A stretch of DNA of 64,000 nt from a virus. The stretch lies in the IMG/VR virus record IMGVR_UViG_3300035698_009252, positions 64,001 to 128,000 of that record. The stretch is one strand, 5' to 3'. Position 1 is the first letter of the stretch. Every line of letters begins with the position of its first letter. Position numbers and translations under genes: made by a program. Below the pieces are notes generated by a model. It searched no databases and had not been told where the DNA came from. It saw nothing but the letters and a program-made list of their open reading frames with translations. Below, piece by piece: positions 9,957 to 19,668 of the stretch.

Positions 9957-10855
9957 CAGTGCCCCCATCCCAGTGCTGTTTGATATTTCGGCTTTCCGTC
10001 CCACAGGGTAGCGTGGGCATATGAATTGATACGAACCGAGTTGCCAGGACTCACGCGCTTTCTCATTTTCGGGCCAGTGAATTTGCCAGGAGCCGCTGAG
10101 ACATAAGCGGCACCTCTCTCCTCCTTGACAATCTTGGACCCTATTTCCCGGATAATCACGCTCTTTTCGCCCGCCTCGACGACCTCGTAGAAATCGATAT
10201 TGGTCTGGTCATAGCCCCACGAGGTGTACAAAATCGAGCCCACCACCAACCCGTGCTTGAATTCGTTCCGTTCCTTCTGGCGCTTCTGCTTGTCCTTGAG
10301 CCGCCCCTGGCGCTGCTCAATAGTCTCATTCACCTTCTTTTCAAACCGGTTCATATCCCGGAACCGGAAATGCCACAAGGGTTTCTGTGCCCGGCCCTGG
10401 AACGCAACACCGTAAAGATTGCCGTTCTGCTCATAGCTCCACGCCTCAATGTCCACGTCCGAGGGTATTTTAACTTCCTGGATGTTCTGATGGCGTGCCG
10501 GATTCGGACGATAGAACTCCCGCTTTTGAACCATCCGAAGTGCGGTCCTCTCTCTGGAGGAAGCAAAATACACCCTGCGAATGTCTTTCAGGAGCCTCCG
10601 AACCTTCTCCGGGGTCACGCTGTTCAGTCTCCCCGCGTCAATTGTGTAATCGTCACCGTCGAACAAGTCCCAGCGGCCACTGTCCTTCTCGATGAATACA
10701 CGCATCCCCTTCTGCCTGCGACTGATATACTCAAGGCCGTTACCCGCGTCCATGTTCGCCCATGCCCGGCTCACATCAAAATCGGGGTCACCACGACGAG
10801 CCATCAAGTCCTTCGCTACGGCCACCAACTCTTTTGCCACTGCTTTCACATTCAT
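9956..10855 (-). CDS. Leader-tagged multidomain protein (MNVKAVAKELVAVAKDLMA), C-terminal SWGYDQTNIDFY domain
   Basis: Shared leader and an internal ASSRERTA linker. Confidence 0.8.
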   Translation of the reverse strand: MNVKAVAKELVAVAKDLMARRGDPDFDVSRAWANMDAGNGLEYISRRQKGMRVFIEKDSGRWDLFDGDDYTIDAGRLNSVTPEKVRRLLKDIRRVYFASSRERTALRMVQKREFYRPNPARHQNIQEVKIPSDVDIEAWSYEQNGNLYGVAFQGRAQKPLWHFRFRDMNRFEKKVNETIEQRQGRLKDKQKRQKERNEFKHGLVVGSILYTSWGYDQTNIDFYEVVEAGEKSVIIREIGSKIVKEERGAAYVSAAPGKFTGPKMRKRVSPGNSVRINSYAHATLWDGKPKYQTALGWGH

Positions 10856-10862
10856 AGTTCTC

Positions 10863-11273
10863 TTACCTTACGTTGTAATCGGCTTCTTTGGTCTCTTCCG
10901 AAAACGACTTGAGTTTGTACTTGGGGCTGTACTTCGTCTGCAAACGGGGCAATAGCTTATCCGCGTTTGCCTGGGTCCCGGCAATCACCTTCAACTTAGC
11001 CGATGTCACAAACCGACTGCCACGGTACTGTCCCAGGGAAATCTTCAGTTCGACGACCCTTATGCCACTGGCCGTTAAATCGTCCGTTAGGGCCTTTGTG
11101 ATGTCCACAACGGCCTGGTCTTCCCACTGGTTCTTGAGTTTCTTGGCCTTCAGGCGAATATCGAAAAAGACGCCCGCAAACAAATCGGTTGGGCGCTCTT
11201 TCGAGAAAAAGAACGAGGCAGCAACAGCCTCTGTGGCCGCGACTTGCCTCGTTATCCTTTTGATTCTCTCCAT
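10863..11273 (-). CDS. Short-leader protein (MERIKRITRQVAA)
   Basis: First gene after the promoter motif at 11287. Confidence 0.7.
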   Translation of the reverse strand: MERIKRITRQVAATEAVAASFFFSKERPTDLFAGVFFDIRLKAKKLKNQWEDQAVVDITKALTDDLTASGIRVVELKISLGQYRGSRFVTSAKLKVIAGTQANADKLLPRLQTKYSPKYKLKSFSEETKEADYNVR

Positions 11274-11286
11274 GATGGTGTCTCCA

Positions 11287-11309
11287 CCTATAGAGAGAAT
11301 ATCAATGAA
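11287..11309 (-). promoter_or_regulatory. Bipartite promoter-like motif (TTCATTGATA-N8-ATAGG)
   Basis: Repeated motif. Confidence 0.6.
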
Positions 11310-11339
11310 TTATCACACCACGGAGCACATCACGCGAAG

Positions 11340-11990
11340 CTACCCAGCAAATCGATTGCCCTTAGATGAGTTGTCCTTCAACCACAAGGGTTGAAGATTT
11401 TCCAATGCCCAGCACTCTCGGAACTGCTCATCATCTGGATTCTGCATGGAGAACCAACTTTTCGGCACAACATGGTCAACCTGCCACCCTTGCTTGCCTC
11501 CATAATTGTCCCAACTCATGCCATCCGAGAACTGCCCCTTCAAGTGGGCCATTAGCTCTTCCAATGTAAAATCGACCAGCTCTTCCCAATGACGACCGCC
11601 TTTGGAACTCCCGCCGTTTAGATGGTCACGCAAAGAATACCACACCTGGAAACCCACCCGCCGGGAGATTCGGATGCCTGGCTTACTCGTATATCGGCGA
11701 GAGGCGGCTGCTTGCAGTTCACGAGTCCGTGGCCGCTTCCCGTACTCCTTCGCATACACCCGTTGCCGGGCATTCCTCCGTTTTCGGAACTCCGGGTCGG
11801 CAGCATTCTTTCGATAACGAGCTAAAGCAGAAGCCTTCCGGGCCTCCTTGTTCTCCTGGTAACTCTGTTTACAATGCGCCTTGGCACAATCTCGACACCA
11901 GTTGAACAAGCCATCTTTGGCCTTACTATCCTTGCCGAACTCAGATACTACATCCTTCGGATGACCACATTTGGTACACCGTTTTTCCAT
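11340..11990 (-). CDS. HNH homing endonuclease
   Basis: N-terminal CxxC...CxxC and C-terminal WQVDHVVP...NLQPLW...NSSKGN HNH motif. Confidence 0.85.
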   Translation of the reverse strand: MEKRCTKCGHPKDVVSEFGKDSKAKDGLFNWCRDCAKAHCKQSYQENKEARKASALARYRKNAADPEFRKRRNARQRVYAKEYGKRPRTRELQAAASRRYTSKPGIRISRRVGFQVWYSLRDHLNGGSSKGGRHWEELVDFTLEELMAHLKGQFSDGMSWDNYGGKQGWQVDHVVPKSWFSMQNPDDEQFRECWALENLQPLWLKDNSSKGNRFAG

Positions 11991-12002
11991 AATATGCCTC
12001 CA

Positions 12003-12025
12003 TCTATGGTCGGCATATCAAAGAA
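12003..12025 (-). promoter_or_regulatory. Bipartite promoter-like motif (TTCTTTGATA-N8-ATAGA)
   Basis: Repeated motif, upstream of the HNH gene. Confidence 0.6.
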
Positions 12026-12028
12026 AAC

Positions 12029-12364
12029 TCAGTGAAAGCACATGAGACAGGCGGAGGGCATCAATAGTATCCATGAGACCACGGCGAAGCACATGCTCTT
12101 CAAACTACGAATGCTACTCACGAACTTCTGAGCCTTGACCGTCCCGGCACCGCCGAAAAACTGGGTTTTGGCGTGCCGGATATGTTCTTCGCGCATTTCG
12201 AAGACAAACACAACCTTCCGGTTTCCATTCGGGGACTGACCCGTCTCAGTCGTTACGAGAGGGAAATCCAGCGAGCACAAATAGGCCGCAAAATAAATGT
12301 CCGAAGTCCTATAGAGCTTCTTTTTAGCCTCAGACGCCCCGGACGTCTCCGTTTCCGTAGTCAT
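12029..12364 (-). CDS. DUF5659-like small protein
   Basis: YRTSDIYFAAYL...VVFVF pattern. Start MTTETET with SD GGAGG. Confidence 0.55.
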   Translation of the reverse strand: MTTETETSGASEAKKKLYRTSDIYFAAYLCSLDFPLVTTETGQSPNGNRKVVFVFEMREEHIRHAKTQFFGGAGTVKAQKFVSSIRSLKSMCFAVVSWILLMPSACLMCFH

Positions 12365-12490
12365 GCCGCCGCCTCCCTTACCTGTTCGATTTCGTATTGC
12401 CATCTGTGAGAGAGTCAGAACGAACAGTGATGACATTTCCGCAACTCCCGAATCTTTGGCCTGTAAGGTCATTGAATCTGGCTTTTCTTT

Positions 12491-12778
12491 TCACTTGGCC
12501 TCCCTCACATCGCCGCCGCCGTAATCGTAAGCCACGGTTTCCACTGGGGCTTTGCGCCCCTTCATCCGTTTTGCTGCCTTCGCGTTGCCATTCCGCATGG
12601 ATTCTCCGAAGGTACTTTTCCGGTTAATACCACCGTCAATCGCTAAAGCGAACGCGCTGAAAACGCGGGAGGCTCGGCCCCCGCACTTGCCACATTTGAC
12701 AGTGCGGGGAGCCTCACCCATACGAAACGGCTTTTCTGCTCGCGTTTCGCAACCGTTGCACTCGAACTCGTACAGCAT
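12491..12778 (-). CDS. FmdB-family zinc ribbon protein
   Basis: MLYEFECNGC...CGKCGG...RVFS. Confidence 0.8.
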   Translation of the reverse strand: MLYEFECNGCETRAEKPFRMGEAPRTVKCGKCGGRASRVFSAFALAIDGGINRKSTFGESMRNGNAKAAKRMKGRKAPVETVAYDYGGGDVREAK

Positions 12779-12781
12779 GGC

Positions 12782-13906
12782 TTACTCCGAGGCTACGGCT
12801 GTTCTGGTCACCTTCGTTGCCGTTTTGGCCTTGTTTTTCGACCCTCTCGGCCTACCCCTGCCCCGTCGAGGCGCTACTGCCGTTTTCCCGCCCGATTCGA
12901 GCTTTTCAAGGCGAGCCATAACAGCAGCCATGCCACCCTTCAACTCATCGTTCTCGGCCCGTAGAACGGCATTCTCGGCCTCTACAGCCACCTGAGCCCC
13001 TGCTTCCTTGGCCATGTCCGCCTCAAGGGCTTCCACGTCCGCATCTGACACAGTTGTGCCGGAAACGGCGAGCTGGGTTTCCCCAACGATTGAGGACGCG
13101 TCCGTGCCGCCAAGGACTTCCGTTGCCGCTTGCAGCTCTGGCGGGATGTCCTGGTCGATGACAGCCGCCGCCGTGGTGCCATCGGGGACTTCCACACCGG
13201 CCCGCTTGCGTGTCATTTCGACGTGCTTCTTGCGAACCTCGGCCTCGGCCCGCTTGCTTTCGGCATTGGCATCGGCTTCTTCCCGACTGGGAAGGTGTTG
13301 TCCCGCGTTCATGGGGATTTCGCTCCTGCCCACTCCCATACCAAGGCTGTCGTCATGGACCACCGGCATCGCCGCTCTCTGGCGCTTGAGAGCGACACGC
13401 TCGGCCATCGAAGCCATGTCGGTCTTGTCTGCCAAGTCGGCAAGCCTTTCCTCGACAGTCTCGTCGCCCTTGATGACTTCCATGGTCCTGTTGGCCGTCC
13501 GAGCACGGGCATCTGCACGCGAGGCTTCCTTTTCGGCCTGGTGGACCTTAGAGACTTGCGTATGGCGGATGTCAATGACCGGGTGGTCCGATGAATCATC
13601 CTGAACGATAGGCAAATCGTTGTTGGAACGACGAGGAGGGGCGTCCACAATCGTAGGAGCAATGCCTTTGACTTCGTCAAGCATCTCCGGCGAATATGGT
13701 ACAACCCAAGGGTCATCCGGGGTTTTCAGGGCTTGACGCTGGAGGATTTCCAGGTCACGGGTATCGTCGAACTTGCGTCCGTCGACGATGAGGATACCAC
13801 GCTCCTCATCGAGTTCAAGGACAGTCCCTCTTCCGAAGGTCTCCTTGATGTATCCGAGGTGCATTTGACTCGGAATAGTTAGAATCCATTTCGAATTCAT
13901 ATCCAT
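12782..13906 (-). CDS. Hypothetical protein with coiled coil and C-terminal AT-hook
   Basis: RRGRGRPRGSK near the C-terminus. Confidence 0.7.
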   Translation of the reverse strand: MDMNSKWILTIPSQMHLGYIKETFGRGTVLELDEERGILIVDGRKFDDTRDLEILQRQALKTPDDPWVVPYSPEMLDEVKGIAPTIVDAPPRRSNNDLPIVQDDSSDHPVIDIRHTQVSKVHQAEKEASRADARARTANRTMEVIKGDETVEERLADLADKTDMASMAERVALKRQRAAMPVVHDDSLGMGVGRSEIPMNAGQHLPSREEADANAESKRAEAEVRKKHVEMTRKRAGVEVPDGTTAAAVIDQDIPPELQAATEVLGGTDASSIVGETQLAVSGTTVSDADVEALEADMAKEAGAQVAVEAENAVLRAENDELKGGMAAVMARLEKLESGGKTAVAPRRGRGRPRGSKNKAKTATKVTRTAVASE

Positions 13907-13978
13907 CTCCTCTATATGGTGTTATATTTCCAGGCTTTTCGCCTGACTCCCAGCGCACCATGCGCCGAAATCTCTCTA

Positions 13979-14539
13979 TCAACCGAGTTTTCCGGCCAAC
14001 TCAACAAGCATGCCATATTCAACCGGGTCTCGGAAAGCATCTTTTCCATCTTTTATGAGGGCCTTGACACGGTCCTTTACTGCATCCGCGCAGCCCTCGT
14101 AAAAGTATTTCTTCTGTTTGTCTATGGCGTCAAAAAGGTCATCATCCCCCAGCAAGGAATAGAGGGCGTCGCTAGGGTCGGTCTTCAAGCTGCTGGGCTC
14201 ATCACCCTGCCGCATGTTGTTGACCATCTTGACGATTTTATCAACGTCCCTGGAGTTGTTCGGTAACGCCCATGTCCCAGCAACTCGCGTGCTTCCCAAT
14301 TTCCCGTTCCAGGGATGGCGTATCTTCAATCGTTTCATTCCGACGCCGACGGCATCTTTAAGGTCAATGATATTACGGATGCCGCTCATCTCAGAGATAT
14401 ACCGTATCAGGCGGTCTCCGTCCCGACGGGATATACCCAAGTCAGTGACATATCTCTCAATCTGGCCCTCCGTAATACCGGACGAGACGAGAGCTTCGGC
14501 AACGGTTATCAGCCGCTTTGCTATCTTCTGGCTATCCAT
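13979..14539 (-). CDS. Leader-tagged protein (MDSQKIAKRLITVAEALVS)
   Basis: Shared leader and an internal STRVAG linker. Confidence 0.75.
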   Translation of the reverse strand: MDSQKIAKRLITVAEALVSSGITEGQIERYVTDLGISRRDGDRLIRYISEMSGIRNIIDLKDAVGVGMKRLKIRHPWNGKLGSTRVAGTWALPNNSRDVDKIVKMVNNMRQGDEPSSLKTDPSDALYSLLGDDDLFDAIDKQKKYFYEGCADAVKDRVKALIKDGKDAFRDPVEYGMLVELAGKLG

Positions 14540-14604
14540 TTCGTTTCCCTTACAGACCAGGGCCAAGGCCAGAAAATATCCTGGCCCAGCCCATCGCCGT
14601 CAAG

Positions 14605-15018
14605 TTACGGAATTGTCACAATAGAACCACCAACGCCACCGAAGTTCGCGCCCGTGCCGTACCGGCGATTGCCTGTTGCGGCAATCAGGGTGTCGGACAA
14701 CGTCTTCTCTGCGTCCGTCATGGGGATTTTGTCGAGGTCCCGACCTACAGCTCCCAGCATCTCCACCAGGACGTACGTCGGCTCGCTGTCGATGTCCCCC
14801 TGATAACTTGAAGCGGCTGCCGTTACGCTCTTCTTGTTGAACGTCGTTTCTAACCATGACCGCGTACCCGTCTGAGTCTGCGGGTTCCAGATGGCCTTCA
14901 GGAACGTCTTGACTGCTGCCAATTCGACTCCCGTGGGCTCTGTGATTCTTGCATTGCGGGCAATGTTCCATACCCACCGTGAATACTGCCACCAACTACC
15001 TGTCGTGCTACCGGCCAT
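14605..15018 (-). CDS. Hypothetical protein
   Basis: 137 aa, SD AGGAGG. Confidence 0.65.
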   Translation of the reverse strand: MAGSTTGSWWQYSRWVWNIARNARITEPTGVELAAVKTFLKAIWNPQTQTGTRSWLETTFNKKSVTAAASSYQGDIDSEPTYVLVEMLGAVGRDLDKIPMTDAEKTLSDTLIAATGNRRYGTGANFGGVGGSIVTIP

Positions 15019-15137
15019 GACTGGCCTCCTTTCGCTTTTCTGCTCTTAGAGGTCTCGCAAGCGATAACCTCAACATGGTCGCGTTAGTGCTCCATGCCGA
15101 CCCGTATGAGCATAGGGTCAAATCCATCTGACTTCCC

Positions 15138-15416
15138 TTATTGAAATGTGTCCGGGTCCTTGAACGCATCAATGGTCTGACGCACTTCATTCGCCGTCCC
15201 CATGTTCACATCGGACGGGTCTGCGTCATCCATCTCCCGAACCAACGCTTCGCGGGCCTGCATCATCGCCTTAAACGGTTTGTCGGCCTTGGTCAGATAG
15301 TCCTGGTAATCCGTCCAGGCTTCATCTGCCTTCTTCAAGGCACGCACCAAGCCACCGGCTGCCGCAAGTTCTCTTGCCACGGCCACTAACTCTCTTGCTA
15401 TACGCGCATCGTTCAT
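15138..15416 (-). CDS. Leader-tagged protein (MNDARIARELVAVARELAA)
   Basis: Shared leader. Confidence 0.8.
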   Translation of the reverse strand: MNDARIARELVAVARELAAAGGLVRALKKADEAWTDYQDYLTKADKPFKAMMQAREALVREMDDADPSDVNMGTANEVRQTIDAFKDPDTFQ

Positions 15417-15423
15417 ATCGAGT

Positions 15424-15642
15424 CTACATCTGGCTCAAAGCCCTTGCGATGTCCTTTTCCAGCCTAACCACCTTACGGTTTCTCATCTTCCTCGGGACAC
15501 CCCCGAGGGCTTTGAGGATATCGCTCTTCAATTCTTCTTGGACTTCAGGAGACAAGTCTCCGATTCCTCCTGCAAGCCGCTCGGCAGCCGTCAAGTCCTT
15601 CGCTACGGCCACTAACTCCCGAGCTATACGTGCGTCGTTCAT
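15424..15642 (-). CDS. Leader-tagged protein (MNDARIARELVAVAKDLTA)
   Basis: Shared leader. Confidence 0.8.
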   Translation of the reverse strand: MNDARIARELVAVAKDLTAAERLAGGIGDLSPEVQEELKSDILKALGGVPRKMRNRKVVRLEKDIARALSQM

Positions 15643-15864
15643 TTACCATTCCAGAGAGTTGTTCTTAACGGTTAAAGTCCGTGGCTTGACGTCCTCGATG
15701 GCCTTCGTCCTGCTCTTCTTTATCCACCACTTGCCCTTGTACTTGAACCGCTGGCCACTTCTCAGGTCCGGCCATGACGGACGGCCCCGGTCCATCTGAG
15801 GAGCCTTCGCCGTCAAGTCCTTGGCCACTGCTACCAGCTCGCGTGCTATACGTTGATTATCCAT
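15643..15864 (-). CDS. Leader-tagged protein (MDNQRIARELVAVAKDLTA)
   Basis: Shared leader. Confidence 0.8.
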   Translation of the reverse strand: MDNQRIARELVAVAKDLTAKAPQMDRGRPSWPDLRSGQRFKYKGKWWIKKSRTKAIEDVKPRTLTVKNNSLEW

Positions 15865-16118
15865 CAGGAAACCTCACTATTAAATCTTATGTGCAACTTG
15901 CTTTGTATCGCGTCGAGGTAATTCGTGGCGTCCAATCGGCCATGAAACTCATCCGCCATGTCAATCTCCCGGCCATAAACATCATAATCTATACCATCCT
16001 CGTCCAACAAGTCTGTCACCTTCTTCAGGTCCATTGTAGACCGGACACGAATCGTGATGGATGCCGTCAGCTTGCGTGCCACGGCTACCAATTCGCGTGC
16101 TATCTGTTGCCTGTTCAT
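15864..16118 (-). CDS. Leader-tagged protein (MNRQQIARELVAVARKLTA)
   Basis: Shared leader. Confidence 0.8.
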   Translation of the reverse strand: MNRQQIARELVAVARKLTASITIRVRSTMDLKKVTDLLDEDGIDYDVYGREIDMADEFHGRLDATNYLDAIQSKLHIRFNSEVS

Positions 16119-16480
16119 GACCTCCGATAGATGACGCTCAATGCCGCATTGAGTTCTTCGTCGCTTCCGTTAAATCCATTGGAGACGACGAACAGAGTCT
16201 TTTTCTTCATGTCGATGCGTGCCCGGTCATCGTAAATACGGCGCTGCTGGAACTTCCCGACAATTTCCGGCATCGCTCGAAGAATCTTTATGGCATCTTT
16301 CGCAGCCAATTCCTCCAGCTCGTCGGCAGCGTCCTGTACGAAAAAGAGGTGACCCTTCTCCACAGGCACCCGCGTCTCCCAGACGATGTTGCCATAAGAG
16401 ATGTATCTTTTCACAGAGGACAGCGCCGTCAACTCTCGGGCTGCTGCGACCAACTCTCTGGCTATCTGCTGGTTTTTCAT
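16115..16480 (-). CDS. Leader-tagged protein (MKNQQIARELVAAARELTA)
   Basis: Shared leader. Confidence 0.8.
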   Translation of the reverse strand: MKNQQIARELVAAARELTALSSVKRYISYGNIVWETRVPVEKGHLFFVQDAADELEELAAKDAIKILRAMPEIVGKFQQRRIYDDRARIDMKKKTLFVVSNGFNGSDEELNAALSVIYRRS

Positions 16481-17073
16481 AGAAGAAACTTCCTCTCATC
16501 CCTGATGTAGCTGCGAAGCTCTCTATCCGAGATGCTCATCTCTTCAATCTCTTCCGCGAGAAAATCATCGTTCTTGACGATACGAAGAATGGCCGAATCG
16601 CTTTTGTTCTTGTTCATCATAACGATTGCACCAAAGACACCCGTAGCATCGCCACTGAAACTGCCCATGCTGCTCGCTATCCTCTCGTAGTCGTGCTCAC
16701 CCGCCTCTGCCTTGCCCATTTTCACAACGGCATCTGCGGGGACCGCCGCGTACTTACCTATCTTCAACCACTTCTGGCGTTTTCCCGATACCTTGAACTT
16801 GCTGCCGATAGGAATATCCCTCCACTGCTTCTGCATCTTCGGGGGACCCTTTCGGGAAGCTTCTAGTCGGCGAATCTTGGAGTCACTGTAACCGATTTTC
16901 TTCAGGAACGCTCGGGCCTCGTCCTTGTTCATTCCACCCATGACGTTGGCCATGGCATCGTTCATCTTGAGCGTCTTGAGGGCGATAGCCCTCTGGTGAC
17001 GCTCCGGGACAGACAAAGCCGTAAGCTCTCTTGCGACTGCCACCAACTCGCGTGCTATCGCTTGCCTATCCAC
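16477..17073 (-). CDS. Leader-tagged protein (GTG start, MDRQAIARELVAVARELTA)
   Basis: The leader defines the start at GTG 17073. Confidence 0.75.
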   Translation of the reverse strand: MDRQAIARELVAVARELTALSVPERHQRAIALKTLKMNDAMANVMGGMNKDEARAFLKKIGYSDSKIRRLEASRKGPPKMQKQWRDIPIGSKFKVSGKRQKWLKIGKYAAVPADAVVKMGKAEAGEHDYERIASSMGSFSGDATGVFGAIVMMNKNKSDSAILRIVKNDDFLAEEIEEMSISDRELRSYIRDERKFLL

Positions 17074-17074
17074 G

Positions 17075-17332
17075 TCAGTATGCCTTCCTGGCCTTTTTAA
17101 GCCCCTCAAGGAGCCCATCCATCAAGGGTGGCATGAATTCGTTGACCCAGAGTTCGCCGGTCGGATTGAGACGGTCGTCATCAGACAGTTTGGCCGACTT
17201 CTTGAGAAGCTCGGTATGCAGCTTTACGGCAAGTTTCTCGCCATACTGGCGTGCCACCTTGTGCCAGAGGTCTTCGGCGGTCAACTCTTTTGCGGCTGCC
17301 ACCAGTTCTTGAGCTACTTGCTGTCTGTCCAT
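17075..17332 (-). CDS. Leader-tagged protein (MDRQQVAQELVAAAKELTA)
   Basis: Shared leader. First gene after the promoter motif at 17351. Confidence 0.8.
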   Translation of the reverse strand: MDRQQVAQELVAAAKELTAEDLWHKVARQYGEKLAVKLHTELLKKSAKLSDDDRLNPTGELWVNEFMPPLMDGLLEGLKKARKAY

Positions 17333-17350
17333 AACATCCATCTCCTCCTA

Positions 17351-17373
17351 CCTATGACGGCTGTATCAAAGAA
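17351..17373 (-). promoter_or_regulatory. Bipartite promoter-like motif TTCTTTGATA-N8-ATAGG
   Basis: Repeated motif. Confidence 0.65.
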
Positions 17374-17384
17374 TAAATGCCCAT

Positions 17385-17855
17385 TTACGAGAGCAAATCG
17401 ATTTCCATCACGCCACGAGAACGCGCCACGGCTACGGCCTTTGCCTTCGCCTGTGCATAGTTGCCAGAGAAGAACACCTCATCACCATCGATGTTGAAAG
17501 CCCATGAACCATAGCCACGTGGCCTCTTGCCGTAACTGTTTTCGAATTGCTGGGTATTGACCCGGACTCCGGCAACCCTGGACCGGTCCGAGACTCGGGA
17601 GGCTTTGTCACGCCCCTGCCACGATGTAAGCCGTTTCTTGGCTTCTTTTTCAACCTTGGCAAGCATCTCCTCTACGATTCTGGCATCTCCCCGCAGAATT
17701 TCATCTTCCCCGGCCAATTCCCATATCACACCTCGAAGGGCACGCAAGACCAGGTCAACGCGCCCATTGGCCTTGTTTACAAGTTTACGGGCGTCAGCTA
17801 CACCAATCCCCGCAGAGAGGTTTCGGGCAATTGTGGCTATGCGTTCTTCATTCAT
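17385..17855 (-). CDS. Short-leader protein (MNEERIATIARNLSA), C-terminal GKRPRGYGSWAF domain
   Basis: Leader variant and an internal SRVAG linker. Confidence 0.75.
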   Translation of the reverse strand: MNEERIATIARNLSAGIGVADARKLVNKANGRVDLVLRALRGVIWELAGEDEILRGDARIVEEMLAKVEKEAKKRLTSWQGRDKASRVSDRSRVAGVRVNTQQFENSYGKRPRGYGSWAFNIDGDEVFFSGNYAQAKAKAVAVARSRGVMEIDLLS

Positions 17856-18559
17856 AGCTGTTTCTCAATATCCGCCAAGGTCTTGTCCAGGCCCTGAGCC
17901 GATTCAATCATCTCCTTGAGATTTTCCCTGGCCCGGTCAATGGCACTGCCAACATCCCTGCCATTCTTCAGCATCCCCAAGGCTGCCATCGTGATGTCGA
18001 ACGTGATGTTGTACGACTTGTGAACTTCCTTAAGGAGAAGCTCGGCAGCCCGGATATCGCCCGGCGGTACATTCGCAACGAGTTCCCAGAAATTGAATTC
18101 GCCTTCGTTCAAGACGCGCTCTCCACGGGTGCCCCGAATCTCCCAAATGCCGTCATCATACTTGCGAAGAACAATCCATGAACCCCATTCGGGGTGTTGC
18201 TTGTTCCTGATGATAACCCGTTCTTTCACGTTCTTCGTAGTCAAATCTTCGGCCACAAGCTGCCGCGCTACTGCCAAAAGCCTGCGTGCTACCTTGTCAT
18301 TGGCTGTCATGGGGCTTCCTTTCTCGTATCCCAAACGGTCCAACATCTTCACTATCTCCCGTGTCGTACCGAACAAGCCATACCACGTCCACATGTGGTA
18401 AGCACCCCCATTCCGGCGCTTACGGCCCTTGTAAAAGTATTCCTCAGTCGTCCCGACACTGTCTTCCACCTCGTCCAGGTCTTTCGAGATGTTAGTCGGG
18501 CTTTCGTCCCCTGTGGCCCAAATCACCAGGCCATTGGCTTTTATGTAGTAACCCTTCAT
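17852..18559 (-). CDS. Multidomain protein with an internal leader (MTANDKVARRLLAVARQLVA at 18310)
   Basis: Likely start MKGYY. The leader motif is internal. Confidence 0.7.
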   Translation of the reverse strand: MKGYYIKANGLVIWATGDESPTNISKDLDEVEDSVGTTEEYFYKGRKRRNGGAYHMWTWYGLFGTTREIVKMLDRLGYEKGSPMTANDKVARRLLAVARQLVAEDLTTKNVKERVIIRNKQHPEWGSWIVLRKYDDGIWEIRGTRGERVLNEGEFNFWELVANVPPGDIRAAELLLKEVHKSYNITFDITMAALGMLKNGRDVGSAIDRARENLKEMIESAQGLDKTLADIEKQL

Positions 18560-18572
18560 CTCATTAACCTCA

Positions 18573-19028
18573 TTATCGTTGCGGCGGGACAATAATTGTA
18601 ATCTTATCTCGGGGCCTAAGCCCGAGGCCCTGGACAACACGCTCCATGTCTCCGACTCGAATCACGAGTCTTTGTTCGGACTGGATTGTCAATCGGTTCG
18701 ATTCCAGTAGTGAAATTTTTCGGGTGCTCTCGTTGAATACGGCAAGTTGTTCCTTCTGCTCCATCGTCTGCCCATAATGCCCTAACGAGAAACTACGAGT
18801 TCCACTGATAGGCGGGACCCGTTCAACCCAATCCCCACGCTGTCCCGACCAGGAAAACAGATGGCCCCGTTCGGAACGAATGACTGTTCCCTTTAGGAAT
18901 CTCATATACCACGAGCCGAAACCAATCCTGAAATCCTTCACCGCCAGGAAATGGCCCAATGGCAATTCTGCCGCCACAAGTTCCCTTGCAACCGTCACCA
19001 GTTCCTTTACTATTCCCTGGTTGTCCAT
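18573..19028 (-). CDS. Leader-tagged protein (MDNQGIVKELVTVARELVA)
   Basis: Shared leader. Confidence 0.8.
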   Translation of the reverse strand: MDNQGIVKELVTVARELVAAELPLGHFLAVKDFRIGFGSWYMRFLKGTVIRSERGHLFSWSGQRGDWVERVPPISGTRSFSLGHYGQTMEQKEQLAVFNESTRKISLLESNRLTIQSEQRLVIRVGDMERVVQGLGLRPRDKITIIVPPQR

Positions 19029-19423
19029 TACCTTCTCCAGAAGCCCGCTCTCTTGCCAATAGCATCCAGCGCCCTATAAATGTCCTTTGGGCTTGGTATG
19101 TCTTCGTTAAATTTCTTACGGACGTTACGTATGATGCTGCCGTTGACCCATCCATCCACCGAAATAAACCATGGCTTGTTGACCGGCTTGAACAGGCTTA
19201 TGCGAACCTGGACGCCGTCCTTGCCACCCGCGCTATCCAGAATAAACCGAACACCACCAACGAACTTCTCTGGCCTCTCTATGACATACCCACGCGACTT
19301 GGCTTCAACCAGAAAATGCGTTGCTCCATCCACGAAGGCATCCATCCACTCGTCGGAAACAAGCCCGGCCATCAAGTCCCTTGCCACGGCCACTAATTCC
19401 CTAGCTATCTTGCGGTTGTCCAT
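19028..19423 (-). CDS. Leader-tagged protein (MDNRKIARELVAVARDLMA)
   Basis: Shared leader. Confidence 0.8.
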   Translation of the reverse strand: MDNRKIARELVAVARDLMAGLVSDEWMDAFVDGATHFLVEAKSRGYVIERPEKFVGGVRFILDSAGGKDGVQVRISLFKPVNKPWFISVDGWVNGSIIRNVRKKFNEDIPSPKDIYRALDAIGKRAGFWRR

Positions 19424-19668
19424 CAGTTCTGCTCCCTCCACGCCTTGTCCAGGTAATCGGCAATCTCGTCGATGTCCTCCGCCATCCCCCGAAGCCTACG
19501 AAGAACTTGTCTCAATTCGAGTTGCTTGGCCGCGTTCTGAAGCGTTTTTAGGGAGAATAGAATGCGCTGACTGGCGCTATGGATATCATTGACGTCGGGA
19601 TTAGACTGACCAGCCGTCAAGTCCTTAGCCACGGCTACCAACTCTCTTGCCACTGATTTACTGTTCAC
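19423..19668 (-). CDS. Leader-tagged protein (MNSKSVARELVAVAKDLTA)
   Basis: Shared leader. Confidence 0.8.
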   Translation of the reverse strand: MNSKSVARELVAVAKDLTAGQSNPDVNDIHSASQRILFSLKTLQNAAKQLELRQVLRRLRGMAEDIDEIADYLDKAWREQN

